Part shown: piece after piece, positions 34,645 to 42,999 of the stretch
Layout of the letters: each line of letters starts with the position of its first letter
Numbering within the stretch: the stretch's first letter is position 1
Source of the DNA: a virus
Strand: one strand, 5' to 3'
DNA length: 64,000 bases
Virus record (IMG/VR): IMGVR_UViG_2645727704_000002
Location: 25,773-89,772 of that record
The notes under the pieces: generated by a model
Databases searched by the model: none
What the model saw: only the letters and a program-made list of their open reading frames with translations
What the model was told of the DNA's origin: nothing
Made by a program: the position numbers and the translations under genes

Positions 34645-34901
34645 TGTGGTGCTCCGTGGTTGGTTTCCTGTCTGGCCCGCGTGAGCAGGCCAGCCAGTGA
34701 AACCGATTGCTCGCTTCGCCACCGATGGCTCCGCTTGTCCTGTCATTGGCCTTGAGCTTCCCTGGTCACTGCGCGTCGATCGGCCTCGGCACGGTGGTCA
34801 TGGGGTCAGATGTTCGCTACACGACTGCCAGCTGCAGCTCGGCGGCCTACTGGGTAGGGCAGCTCGTCGTGGGTTGCCGGTCCGGGTTCCGGCTGGGCTT
34901 G

Positions 34902-34925
34902 CTACTTCATCGGTTGTTTCCTCCT
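34902..34925 (-). other. Minigene ATG-AAG-TAG with AGGAGG Shine-Dalgarno
   Basis: Minus strand AGGAGG-N9-ATGAAGTAG. Confidence 0.55.
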
Positions 34926-35129
34926 GTGGGTGTTTGTTCTCAACCACGCATGGGGCGAGTCGTCTCTCACCGGCGCCGCACATTTCGTGTTCGATGCATT
35001 GCCAGTTTTGCGCGGTATCGCGTGCTTGCATGGGCAGGCACGGCAGCTGTCCAGAGGCTGCGTGGTCGACGACTTAGCTTGTCCCGACCCAGGTGATGGC
35101 CTGGGTGCGTCGAGGTGGTCACGTCTGGT

Positions 35130-35142
35130 TGTGTAAAGAGCG
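35130..35142 (-). promoter_or_regulatory. boxA-like antitermination site (nutL-like)
   Basis: CGCTCTTTACACA shortly downstream of pL, close to lambda boxA. Confidence 0.55.
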
Positions 35143-35153
35143 GTACCGGGGCG

Positions 35154-35215
35154 ATAACCCAAGTTATGCTCAAAATAATAACCAAAGTTTTTAGGCTGTC
35201 AATAACCTTTGTTAT
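35154..35215 (-). promoter_or_regulatory. OL1-3 operators and pL promoter
   Basis: ATAAC-N4-GTT(A/T)T at 35154, 35178, 35202 (24-bp period); TTGACA (35197-35202) and TATTAT (35175-35180) on minus strand. Confidence 0.8.
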
Positions 35216-35255
35216 GAATATGGGCAAAAAAATGCCCGCGCTTGGCGGGCCTATC

Positions 35256-35507
35256 TCAGCTATCTATGTATTCGCCCCATCCAATTCGCACAGTGCCGTC
35301 TTCGACCTCAATCACTCTGACGCCTACGGTGCCCGCCATATCATCAATGATGTGTCGCCATTGGACTGGGTCTTCATCGGGCAGCCGGGAGACAGTTAGT
35401 GCGCGAGTCTTCTGGGCGTTGGGTTCGTTGACTAGGCGTTGTATGCGATAGCCGATCTGCTCGTAACTGCGCAGGCGACCTTGCCCGGATTCAGCGGAAT
35501 CTGACAT
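35256..35507 (-). CDS. DUF1654-like protein, SOS-boxed
   Basis: SYEQIGYRIQRLVNEP..Q motif; LexA box upstream; own terminator near 35224-35250. Confidence 0.75.
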   Translation of the reverse strand: MSDSAESGQGRLRSYEQIGYRIQRLVNEPNAQKTRALTVSRLPDEDPVQWRHIIDDMAGTVGVRVIEVEDGTVRIGWGEYIDS

Positions 35508-35525
35508 CGTAAATCCTCCTTATTA

Positions 35526-35541
35526 CTGTATGTGTGTACAG
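35526..35541. promoter_or_regulatory. LexA (SOS) box
   Basis: CTGTATGTGTGTACAG. Confidence 0.85.
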
Positions 35542-35674
35542 TATTCAGGTGCTAGGATTTTCGCAACTCCCTTGTAGGAAAGTCACTGCTGCTGAGGGGC
35601 TAGGCGCTACCTTTTGAGAGTCATATGCAAAAGAAAGCCCGCGCTAGGCGGGCATGGATCGTGGCCTGCTGGGG

Positions 35675-36331
35675 TCACAGCTTCATCAGCGCCCTGACCA
35701 CAACACCGACAATTCTGCAGTCGCCCGCGCATACCTCCACGGGGTAGGCAGGATTCAGCGGTTTTAAGAATCTACGCCCCCCGTCCTCTACCAGCTTCTT
35801 GAAAGTCGCCTCATTGCTGTCTGCAAGCTTCGCGATAACGAGCTTCCCGTGCTGAACGTCGGCCTCGGTGTCAACGAGGATCAGCGTGCCCTCGGCAATG
35901 CTCTGCCCGCTAGCAGAAGTCATCGAATCGCCTTTGACCTCGAGCCAGAACGCAGGCCCCTTGGAGTCGTACTCGGACATCTCATATCGGTCTGAGAACC
36001 CCGGAGGGAAAGGCTCCACTGCCTCTGCCCAAGCTCCGGCAGCTACCCAGCTGATAACGGGGTAGCGGAATGACATATCAGGCTGGCGAGACGCCGAGAC
36101 ATTGGCGGGCTGCCTGTTATCGGTTTTGCCGGATGCAAGCCATTCGGCAGTCACGCCCAGTGCACTCGCGATCTCGTACAGCTTCTTGGAGGACGAATTT
36201 CGACCGCTCTCCAGATGCTGAATGGTCACCTGGCTAACGCGGGCCCGGTCTGCGAGCTGTTGCTGGCTGAGTCCCAGTTCAATCCGCTTGGAAAGGACTC
36301 GGTCCTTCAGTGCTTCCGTGGTTTTCGTCAT
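35675..36331 (-). CDS. cI: CI-like repressor (HTH plus S24 autopeptidase)
   Basis: LSQQQLADRARVSQVTIQHLE HTH; VAAG cleavage site; VKGDSM and ATFKKL catalytic motifs. Confidence 0.93.
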   Translation of the reverse strand: MTKTTEALKDRVLSKRIELGLSQQQLADRARVSQVTIQHLESGRNSSSKKLYEIASALGVTAEWLASGKTDNRQPANVSASRQPDMSFRYPVISWVAAGAWAEAVEPFPPGFSDRYEMSEYDSKGPAFWLEVKGDSMTSASGQSIAEGTLILVDTEADVQHGKLVIAKLADSNEATFKKLVEDGGRRFLKPLNPAYPVEVCAGDCRIVGVVVRALMKL

Positions 36332-36343
36332 GTGCTGAAGGGT

Positions 36344-36407
36344 AAAACACGCGTTATCGCCCTTCAAATAACATGTGTTTGACTCGCCTATAACTTGAGT
36401 TATCATT
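36344..36407 (+). promoter_or_regulatory. OR operators and pR promoter
   Basis: AAAACACGCGTTAT (36344), ATAACATGTGTTTG (36368), ATAACTTGAGTTAT (36390); TTGACT at 36379, TATCAT at 36401. Confidence 0.78.
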
Positions 36408-36436
36408 CCTGGCACGATCCATTGAGGCACGCAGAC

Positions 36437-36667
36437 ATGCCGAATACTGAAAGACCTATCGACGAGGTGGTGCGCTTAGCCGGAGGCCAGGCCGAGCTCG
36501 CGAGGCGTTGCAATACGAGTCAGCCTCGAATCTGGCAATGCGTCCATCGCAACCAGAAGGTTCCCGCAGACCTTGTGATCCCGCTGGAAAAGGCCGTCGA
36601 GGGTCAAGTCACCCGACATCAATTGAGGCCGGACCTCTACCCACCCGAGGAGAAGGCTGCGTCTTGA
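36437..36667 (+). CDS. cro: Cro-like protein (YdaS family)
   Basis: Divergent from cI; GGQAELARRC...W..VP...VTRHQLRPDLYP. Confidence 0.85.
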   Translation: MPNTERPIDEVVRLAGGQAELARRCNTSQPRIWQCVHRNQKVPADLVIPLEKAVEGQVTRHQLRPDLYPPEEKAAS

Positions 36668-36799
36668 CGCCCATTCTCGGGCATTGAAACCACTGCCGCC
36701 AGATGCCTAACACAACTGGCATTCCATCCAGTGCCCAAATCGCAGACGAAAAAAAACCGCCTGGCCGGGCGGTCTCTTCAACAACTTTCGAGGTCGATT

Positions 36800-37555
36800 A
36801 TGCCCAGAGCAATCGATGCACGCAACACCCAGCCCGGCGCGGTTGGTTTTCCCTCGCATGCCGTCGACCAGGTGATGTCTTCGCGCGAGATCGCGCAGCT
36901 CACTGGCAGCACGCACGATAACGTCCTGAAGACGGTGCGCCAACTGGTCAAGAGAGGTGTCGTTTCATCAAACGAGACCCCTTACATCCATCAGCAGAAC
37001 GGCCAGCAATACAGCGAGTTCCTGCTCACCTACCGGGACACCCTGGTGGTGGTGTCGGGCTACAGCGTCGAGCTGCGCGCCAAGATCATCGATCGCTGGC
37101 AGGACCTGGAAGCGCGGGTGGTTGGGCAGGTGCAGATCCCGACGAACTTTGCCGAGGCTCTGCGCCTGGCTGCCGACAAGGCCGAGGAAAATCAGCGCTT
37201 GCAGGATGCTTTGGCCCGGCAGGCCCCAAAGGTCGCGGCCATCAACCGATTGGCCGGCGCCGGCGGAGCGATTTGTATCACCGACGCGGCCAAGCAGCTG
37301 CAACTGCCACCGGCGAAGCTGTTCGCCTGGTTAGAGCAGAACCGATGGATCTACCGCCGGCACGGCTCGAAGCGCTGGATTGCCTTCCAGCCGCGAATCA
37401 CCGCAGGCCTGCTCGGGCACAAGGTGACCTCATTGGACCCAGACCGCGAGTCAGGCAGCGACCGCGCGGCGTTCAGCGTGCTGGTGACTACCAAAGGCCT
37501 TACCTACTTGGCCGAGAAGCACATCGGGGGCCAAGGCCCACTGGAGCGCACCTGA
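36800..37555 (+). CDS. Rha-family regulator fused to KilAC antirepressor domain
   Basis: MSSREIAQLTG..HDNVL, SGYSVELRAKIIDRWQDLE; QAPKV...ICITDAAKQL. Confidence 0.8.
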   Translation: MPRAIDARNTQPGAVGFPSHAVDQVMSSREIAQLTGSTHDNVLKTVRQLVKRGVVSSNETPYIHQQNGQQYSEFLLTYRDTLVVVSGYSVELRAKIIDRWQDLEARVVGQVQIPTNFAEALRLAADKAEENQRLQDALARQAPKVAAINRLAGAGGAICITDAAKQLQLPPAKLFAWLEQNRWIYRRHGSKRWIAFQPRITAGLLGHKVTSLDPDRESGSDRAAFSVLVTTKGLTYLAEKHIGGQGPLERT

Positions 37556-37556
37556 C

Positions 37557-38528
37557 ATGCAATTCACCCTGACCATCAACCAGGTCAAGGCCTTGGAGTG
37601 GGGGCTCAACTCACAACAGGCGCTGCTGTTCGCGTTCGTCTACGGCTGCCCGAGCTGGGCCAAAGCGACCACAACAGAAAATGGCGTCTTCTTCGTGCTG
37701 AGCAAGGCCAAGATCATCGAGGAACTGCCGCTGCTGACCGACAAGCCGGATACGGCTTATCGCATGTTGAAAGCGCTGCAGGACGTGGGCCTGATCGAGC
37801 TGTCGAGTACGTCCAATGTCACGCTTTTCCGCCTTACCGACAAGGCCGCGCAGTGGAACAAGAAAGAGGACGGGTCGGAAAAATATCCGACCCTAAAAGC
37901 GGGTAAGGATGGTCGGAAAAAAATCCGATCTACCTCGGAAAAAAATCCGAGCATGGTCGGAGAAAAATCCGATCTAGGGTCGGAAAAATCTCCGACAAAT
38001 CAAGATACCAGTAATCAAGATACCAATCAGGACACCAGTCACAGTTCGCAGGACGCCCCGGCTGCGCCGTCGCAACCCGCTGTGCTGGCGCTGGTTCAGG
38101 CCGGTGGACCGCGGTGTGAAATTCCCGAAGACATGCCCGGCCCCAAAGACCCTGAGTGCAAAACGTTCAAGGCCTGGGCGAACTACGCGATGGCCTATCG
38201 GAATCGCTACAAGACCTGGCCCGTTTGGAACGCCAAGGCTGGCGGTCTGCTGGGGCAGCTTGTCGATCGTCTCGGCGCCGACAGCGCTCACCACGTCGCG
38301 GCCTACTTCCTGAGGATCAACGACGCCAGGATCATCAACGGCTGCCACAACCTCGGGGACCTGCTGGCCAAGTGCGAGGCGTATCACACCCAGTGGGCGA
38401 CCAATCGCCAAATGAACGCCACCACGGCGCGCCAGCAGGAGCAAACCCAAGCGAACATCAACGCCGCGCATGAGGCTGCTGACTCCATTCGAAACGGTCA
38501 GGAGGGCAAGCGCAATGCTTTCCTGTGA
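37557..38528 (+). CDS. Replication initiator (O-like)
   Basis: N-terminal winged-helix pattern; internal iterons; position after cro region. Confidence 0.8.
   Translation: MQFTLTINQVKALEWGLNSQQALLFAFVYGCPSWAKATTTENGVFFVLSKAKIIEELPLLTDKPDTAYRMLKALQDVGLIELSSTSNVTLFRLTDKAAQWNKKEDGSEKYPTLKAGKDGRKKIRSTSEKNPSMVGEKSDLGSEKSPTNQDTSNQDTNQDTSHSSQDAPAAPSQPAVLALVQAGGPRCEIPEDMPGPKDPECKTFKAWANYAMAYRNRYKTWPVWNAKAGGLLGQLVDRLGADSAHHVAAYFLRINDARIINGCHNLGDLLAKCEAYHTQWATNRQMNATTARQQEQTQANINAAHEAADSIRNGQEGKRNAFL
37875..37995. repeat. Five 16-bp iterons: phage replication origin
   Basis: TCGGA-N6-TCCGA at 37875, 37913, 37935, 37957, 37980, followed by AATCA(A/G)GA(T/C)ACC repeats. Confidence 0.85.
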
Positions 38529-39294
38529 GCAGATTGCCGAGCTGGCCACCGCCGTGTGCGCGACTGCGGAGGCGATGGGCCAAACCATCAGCGCCGCAGG
38601 TGCAAAGCTGATTGCCGAGGATCTGTCGGCTCATGAGCCGGCCGTGATCATCGGCGCGCTGCGTGCCTGCCGCCGCGAGCCTGCCGGGCGCCTGTCGCTG
38701 GGGATGGTGCTCAAGCACATTCACGCTGCCGATGGACGCCCAGGCAAGGACGAGGCCTGGTCGATCGCCCTGGCCGCCAGCGATGAGCATGAGACGGTCG
38801 TGCTCACTACAGAGATACGCCAAGCCATGATTGCCTCGACGCCCATCCTGGAGGCGAACGACAAGGTCGGTGCGCGCATGGCGTTCATGAGCGCCTACGA
38901 GCGGCTGGTCAGCTTCGCACGAGCCGAGGATCGGCCAGCGGCGTGGGAAGTGTCCCTGGGCTTTGATGCTGCACGCCGCGTTACCGCCATTGAGTCGGCC
39001 GTTCGCGCACAGCTGATCAGCCATGAGCGTGGCACCAAGTACCTGGCCGACCTTCGAATTACGCCCGTTACCGAAGACGGCCAGGCCATCGCCGGGCTGC
39101 TCACCGGGACAAAGCGAACCCACGTCAGCGCCCATGTCCGCGAAAAGTTAGACGAGGTTCGCGCAAGCTTGGTCGCTTCGAATTTGCGCAAAGAGCGCCA
39201 GCGCGCGAAAGAGCTGCAGCGCAAGCGTGTCGACACCTACCTGCGCAAGCGCCGTGCCCGCGCCGCCATTGCTCAACTGAGGATGATGCCTTGA
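38515..39294 (+). CDS. Replication protein (P-like helicase loader)
   Basis: Overlaps initiator stop; ADGRPGKDEAW, GARMAF motifs. Confidence 0.6.
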   Translation: MLSCEQIAELATAVCATAEAMGQTISAAGAKLIAEDLSAHEPAVIIGALRACRREPAGRLSLGMVLKHIHAADGRPGKDEAWSIALAASDEHETVVLTTEIRQAMIASTPILEANDKVGARMAFMSAYERLVSFARAEDRPAAWEVSLGFDAARRVTAIESAVRAQLISHERGTKYLADLRITPVTEDGQAIAGLLTGTKRTHVSAHVREKLDEVRASLVASNLRKERQRAKELQRKRVDTYLRKRRARAAIAQLRMMP

Positions 39295-39587
39295 GACAGT
39301 CGAAACTGACCAAAGCCGCACGGGGCCGTGAATGCCAGGTAAGGATTCCGGGCGTGTGCAACGGCAATCCAGAGACCACCGTGCTGGCGCATTACCGCAT
39401 GGCCGGCACCTGCGGCGTGGGCAACAAGCCGAACGACCTGCAGGGCGCCTGGGCGTGCAGCGCTTGTCACGATGCCTGCGATGGGCGCAGCAAGACACTT
39501 GATCGGGCCACCGCTCGGCAGTACCACGCCGAGGGCGTGATGCGCACCCAGGCCCAGCTGATCAGTGAGGGGGCGCTGCGCCCATGA
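39291..39587 (+). CDS. DUF1364-family Zn-binding putative nuclease
   Basis: ARGRECQVRIPGVCNGNPETTVLAHYR...ACSACHD. Confidence 0.85.
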   Translation: MRQSKLTKAARGRECQVRIPGVCNGNPETTVLAHYRMAGTCGVGNKPNDLQGAWACSACHDACDGRSKTLDRATARQYHAEGVMRTQAQLISEGALRP

Positions 39588-40009
39588 CCACGCTCACAAT
39601 TCGCCCCTTCAAGCCGCGCCAGCCTCGCGCCAAGCCCGTGGATCGTGAAGGCCAAGAGCAGGCCGCGCTGATGCGCGAGATCGAGCTGCGCTACCCCGAT
39701 GTGTTCGAGCTGATGTATCACGTGCCAAATGGCGGCCACCGAGTAAAGGCCGTTGCTGCGAAGCTCAAGGCCCAGGGGGTGAAGGCAGGTATTCCTGATC
39801 TGGTACTACCCATGGCTCGCGGTGGCTTCTTCGGGCTGTACGTCGAATTCAAGGCGACCGTCGAGCCTGCACCTGTCTCGTCCAGCCAGCGCGCCTGCCT
39901 CAAGCGGCTGAACGAGCAGGGCTATCTGGCCATTGTGTGCCGCGGGCACTTCGACGCCATGGAGCAGCTGCGGGCCTACCTGCTGCTTCCCGCCACGGTG
40001 GCCGCATGA
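39584..40009 (+). CDS. VRR-NUC domain nuclease
   Basis: HVPNGG...GVKAGIPDL...LYVEFK. Confidence 0.85.
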   Translation: MTTLTIRPFKPRQPRAKPVDREGQEQAALMREIELRYPDVFELMYHVPNGGHRVKAVAAKLKAQGVKAGIPDLVLPMARGGFFGLYVEFKATVEPAPVSSSQRACLKRLNEQGYLAIVCRGHFDAMEQLRAYLLLPATVAA

Positions 40010-41304
40010 GCGCGACCCGCGAAGTCAGGTTCACCGAGGCCGAGGTGCGCCGTCAGTCGGCCGACCGTTCCGTGCGTGACCTACGCGACCCGCGCCACCC
40101 CGGCCTGTACCTGCGCTTCTGGTCCGATCGAGGCCGCGCCACCTGGCACTTGGTGCGGGGCAAGCGCTGGGTTCCGGTCGCCCGCTGGCCGGAGCTCGGC
40201 GTGTCGGCGGTGCTGGCCGAGCTGCCCGCGATCCGCCAGCGGCTGATGCGCGACCCGGCGACGGCGCCGATCGCCTCGGGCATGGCCACCGTGGGCCAGC
40301 TGCTGGAGTGGTACGGCGACCGCATGGCGCGCGACCGATCGCTGTCGGCCAAGCGCAAGGCCGGCGCCCGGTCGGCGATCACCCAGCACCTGCTGCCGTG
40401 CCTGCGTGACCTGCCGCTGGCCGAGGTCAGCGCCGACGCGCTCGACAAGCACCTGATGTGGCCGTGCCAGGCGAAGGTGTCGGTGTCCTACCTGCGCCAG
40501 ATGTTCGCGCTGCTGCTGACCGCCATGCGCCAGGCGCTCAAGCTGGGGCTGATCGACAGCAACCCCATGGCCGGCATGCGCTTCAGTGACTTCACCAAGG
40601 CCAAGATCCTGCCCAAGGCAGCGCGCCTGCGCGGCGTGCAACTGGCCGACCTGGTGCAGCAGCTGGCCCAGGCCTTCGAGGCCGCCCCGGGCGACGTCAC
40701 GCTGGCGGTGATGATGCTGGCCCACGGCACGCGCATCGGTGAGACACGCATGGCGCGCTGGGACGACATCTCGCTAGCCGCCGCCGAGTGGTTCATCCCC
40801 GCAGCCAACACAAAGACCCGCACCGAGCACCGCTTGCCGCTGACCGAGCAGATCAAGGCGTTGCTGATCCGCTACCGGGCCGGCCAGCAGGCCGAGGGCT
40901 ACCAAGGCGTGTACCTGTTCCCCAACCGCCGCGGCCTGTGCTTGAGCGAGAGCCAGGCCAGCATGGTGTTCACGCGACTGGGGCAGGGCGCCTGGACCAG
41001 CCACGACCTGCGCAAGGTGTCACGCACCACCTGGACCGACCTCGGCATCGACGGGCACATCGGCGAGATGCTGTTGAACCACACGCTGGGCAAGATCGCC
41101 AGCACCTACATCCACACCCAGGCCATGGAGCAGCGCCGCGCAGCGCTGGAGAAGTGGCACGGCTGGTTAGACGGGATCGGCTTTTCGGCGATTCACGGCC
41201 TTACAGAGACCTTATCCGAGATTTCGCAGAATCCGGCGCAGCCAGCGGAATACGTGGGCTGCGATGGCCTTAGCGAATTTGTAATTAGCGAGGATTCGAA
41301 ATGA
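40006..41304 (+). CDS. Second tyrosine recombinase, located in the nin region
   Basis: Arm-binding-like N-terminus (LRDPRHPGLYLR); HGTRIGE, KT, HDLRK, LNH, TY catalytic motifs. Confidence 0.85.
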   Translation: MSATREVRFTEAEVRRQSADRSVRDLRDPRHPGLYLRFWSDRGRATWHLVRGKRWVPVARWPELGVSAVLAELPAIRQRLMRDPATAPIASGMATVGQLLEWYGDRMARDRSLSAKRKAGARSAITQHLLPCLRDLPLAEVSADALDKHLMWPCQAKVSVSYLRQMFALLLTAMRQALKLGLIDSNPMAGMRFSDFTKAKILPKAARLRGVQLADLVQQLAQAFEAAPGDVTLAVMMLAHGTRIGETRMARWDDISLAAAEWFIPAANTKTRTEHRLPLTEQIKALLIRYRAGQQAEGYQGVYLFPNRRGLCLSESQASMVFTRLGQGAWTSHDLRKVSRTTWTDLGIDGHIGEMLLNHTLGKIASTYIHTQAMEQRRAALEKWHGWLDGIGFSAIHGLTETLSEISQNPAQPAEYVGCDGLSEFVISEDSK

Positions 41305-41549
41305 ATATTTCCGAGCACGGGGCCGTCGCCTTTCTCTATGGACTGGAGGGTCGGATCACCGGCCAGTTGATCATTGATGAGTGGTTCGGCGTAGACCTCG
41401 GCGAGGAAGGTACCGTGGAACCGCGGAAAGGGGGCTTGTTTGGCCTGCGGCCTTTCGACAAGCCGATTGTGGCTGGCAGGGCAGTCGTGCCGCGCAGCCG
41501 AGCGGCCAAGCCTTGGCTTCGAGCCAAAAAGGGGCGTGTCCGCCAATGA
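41301..41549 (+). CDS. Hypothetical protein
   Basis: ATGA-coupled on both sides. Confidence 0.45.
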   Translation: MNISEHGAVAFLYGLEGRITGQLIIDEWFGVDLGEEGTVEPRKGGLFGLRPFDKPIVAGRAVVPRSRAAKPWLRAKKGRVRQ

Positions 41550-41863
41550 GAAAAACCTACGGCCCGGCTCTGCACAAACAACAGATCGTCCTGGCGCGCT
41601 GCCCGGATTGTCGGGGCAGAGCAGTAGTGAAGGGGGTCTTCTACGAACTGCCTTGCGGCCAGTGCAACGCCTCCGGCTGGGTATCAGCGCTCACCGGCGA
41701 GCCGCTGCCGCTGGAAGAACTTGTGACGCAGTTGGGGCTGCGGGTGCGTGAGCTGGAGCAGCAGGCCGGGCGCCAGCGCCCGAGCACGACCGGCGGCCCG
41801 GAATCTCAGTATCAAACGAATAACCGCCGCGGCGCCGGCGGCACCAATTACACCGGGGATTGA
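41546..41863 (+). CDS. Zn-finger protein (DnaJ-type CxxCxG repeats)
   Basis: CPDCRG and CGQCNASG. Confidence 0.7.
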   Translation: MRKTYGPALHKQQIVLARCPDCRGRAVVKGVFYELPCGQCNASGWVSALTGEPLPLEELVTQLGLRVRELEQQAGRQRPSTTGGPESQYQTNNRRGAGGTNYTGD

Positions 41864-41874
41864 GGGGAGAGGGC

Positions 41875-42216
41875 ATGAGCCATCTGCAAAGAAGTGCTGA
41901 AGAACTGCTGGAAAACTGGGGGCGCTGGGCGCTTATGGGTTCCGGCGTGGCTGGCTGTGCATCGAGAGAGAACACTGCTCTAGATGCGAGCATCACCGAT
42001 GATGAGGCGCTGGTTATCGACCGTCTCATGGGCCGCCTCTGCCTGCGCTACGCCGAGTGCGGCGCAGTGTTGAGGACGTATTACATGGCGCGTGATCTAT
42101 CGCTCAAGGATGCTGGCAAGAAGCTTGGCTTCAAGGAAGAGAAAACCCGGCAGTTGTGGAAGGCTGGCGTGGCCTGGGTAGATGGGGCTCTGGAAACGAG
42201 ACGCCAAGCAGCTTGA
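41875..42216 (+). CDS. Q: Late antiterminator Q
   Basis: AEELLENWGRW...ITDDEALVIDR...AGVAWVDG; followed by pR' and tR'. Confidence 0.8.
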   Translation: MSHLQRSAEELLENWGRWALMGSGVAGCASRENTALDASITDDEALVIDRLMGRLCLRYAECGAVLRTYYMARDLSLKDAGKKLGFKEEKTRQLWKAGVAWVDGALETRRQAA

Positions 42217-42241
42217 CTTCCCCGGTCCCGTAACGTATCTT
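42213..42241 (+). promoter_or_regulatory. Late promoter pR'
   Basis: TTGACT-17 bp-TATCTT. Confidence 0.7.
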
Positions 42242-42296
42242 CCGTGCTACTTTGCGGTAGGTGCGCTAGAGCAAACACCTGACCGACTCTTTCATC

Positions 42297-42323
42297 AAGC
42301 CTCGGCAATCGCCGGGGCTTTTT
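42297..42323 (+). terminator. tR' terminator
   Basis: AAGCCTCGGC-AATC-GCCGGGGCTTTTT. Confidence 0.7.
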
Positions 42324-42342
42324 CGTTTTTGTCCGCATGCAT

Positions 42343-42768
42343 TCATGCAGCTTGGACCGTGACAGCCAACCGTTTACCAAGCGCTGCCAAAGCCGCTTCA
42401 ATCTGCTCCATCTTCGATGTGTGCATGAAATCTACCAGTCGATCGCCTTGTGACTGGTGAACGCCAAGCAACCGGCGCAGGTCGGCCTTACGCATGCCAC
42501 GTTCCATCATCGTGTTCCAAAGCAAGATCTTCGCCACGGTCACGGCTGGCAGGTAAATGACCTGCTCCCCTGGAAGTGGCTCGCTGGATTCTGGAATAGG
42601 TCTGCGCTGATCAACATAGATCGAGAGTGTCACTTCGATGGCGTCGACGGCCTCGCTTATCGCGTGCTCCCGGTCATCGCCGTAGCTGTTCAGCTCTGGA
42701 AGGTCGCGGCAGAACACCGCCAGGCCCGGCGTGGAGTCTTGCTCGAAGCGGATTGCGTAGTTGTACAT
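42343..42768 (-). CDS. hicB: HicB antitoxin
   Basis: YAIRFEQD...FCRDLPELNSYGDD...EAVDAI; C-terminal HTH. Confidence 0.9.
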   Translation of the reverse strand: MYNYAIRFEQDSTPGLAVFCRDLPELNSYGDDREHAISEAVDAIEVTLSIYVDQRRPIPESSEPLPGEQVIYLPAVTVAKILLWNTMMERGMRKADLRRLLGVHQSQGDRLVDFMHTSKMEQIEAALAALGKRLAVTVQAA

Positions 42769-42819
42769 GGTCACTCCTCGGAGGTGATCGTCCAGCATTC
42801 AGATAGGGTGAAGGGGCTC

Positions 42820-42999
42820 TCAGAGCCCCAGTTGTTTAATGATCGCTTTGCGGGTCGGTTCGGGCATTTCCTTTGATCCGTGGTCCGCAAACGTTGTCCT
42901 GTTGCCGTTCGGGGCGGTGACTTTGAAGTGGCTTCCTTTGCCTGCTTCGAAGGTCACCCCTTGGGCCTTCAACCATCGTCTGAACTCGCTGAACTTCAT
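42820..42999 (-). CDS. hicA: HicA toxin (mRNA interferase)
   Basis: MKFSEFRRWLKAQG...GKGSHFK...DHGSKEM; near-consensus promoter TTGTAT..TATAAT upstream. Confidence 0.92.
   Translation of the reverse strand: MKFSEFRRWLKAQGVTFEAGKGSHFKVTAPNGNRTTFADHGSKEMPEPTRKAIIKQLGL

Larger units (their letters stand above)
34179..34704. repeat. Three copies of a covarying hairpin, one in each intergenic space around csrA
   Basis: 34179-34225, 34422-34469, 34658-34704: GRTTTC-CYG-TC-TGGCC-loop-GGCCA-RC-CRG-T-GAAAYC. Confidence 0.88.

Noticed and set aside
33895-34704. Hammerhead or other self-cleaving ribozyme in the hairpins (CTGATG, GAAAC present)
   Set aside because: The CUGANGA core and three-stem topology are not satisfied.
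34798-35162. ORFs in the pL leader (34798-35031, 34902-35162, 34967-35227)
   Set aside because: No RBS, they cross operators or stems, and have no protein-like features.
37875-37995. CRISPR-like array
   Set aside because: Repeats are 16-bp palindromes with gaps of mostly 6-7 bp inside the initiator gene, i.e. iterons; no cas genes.
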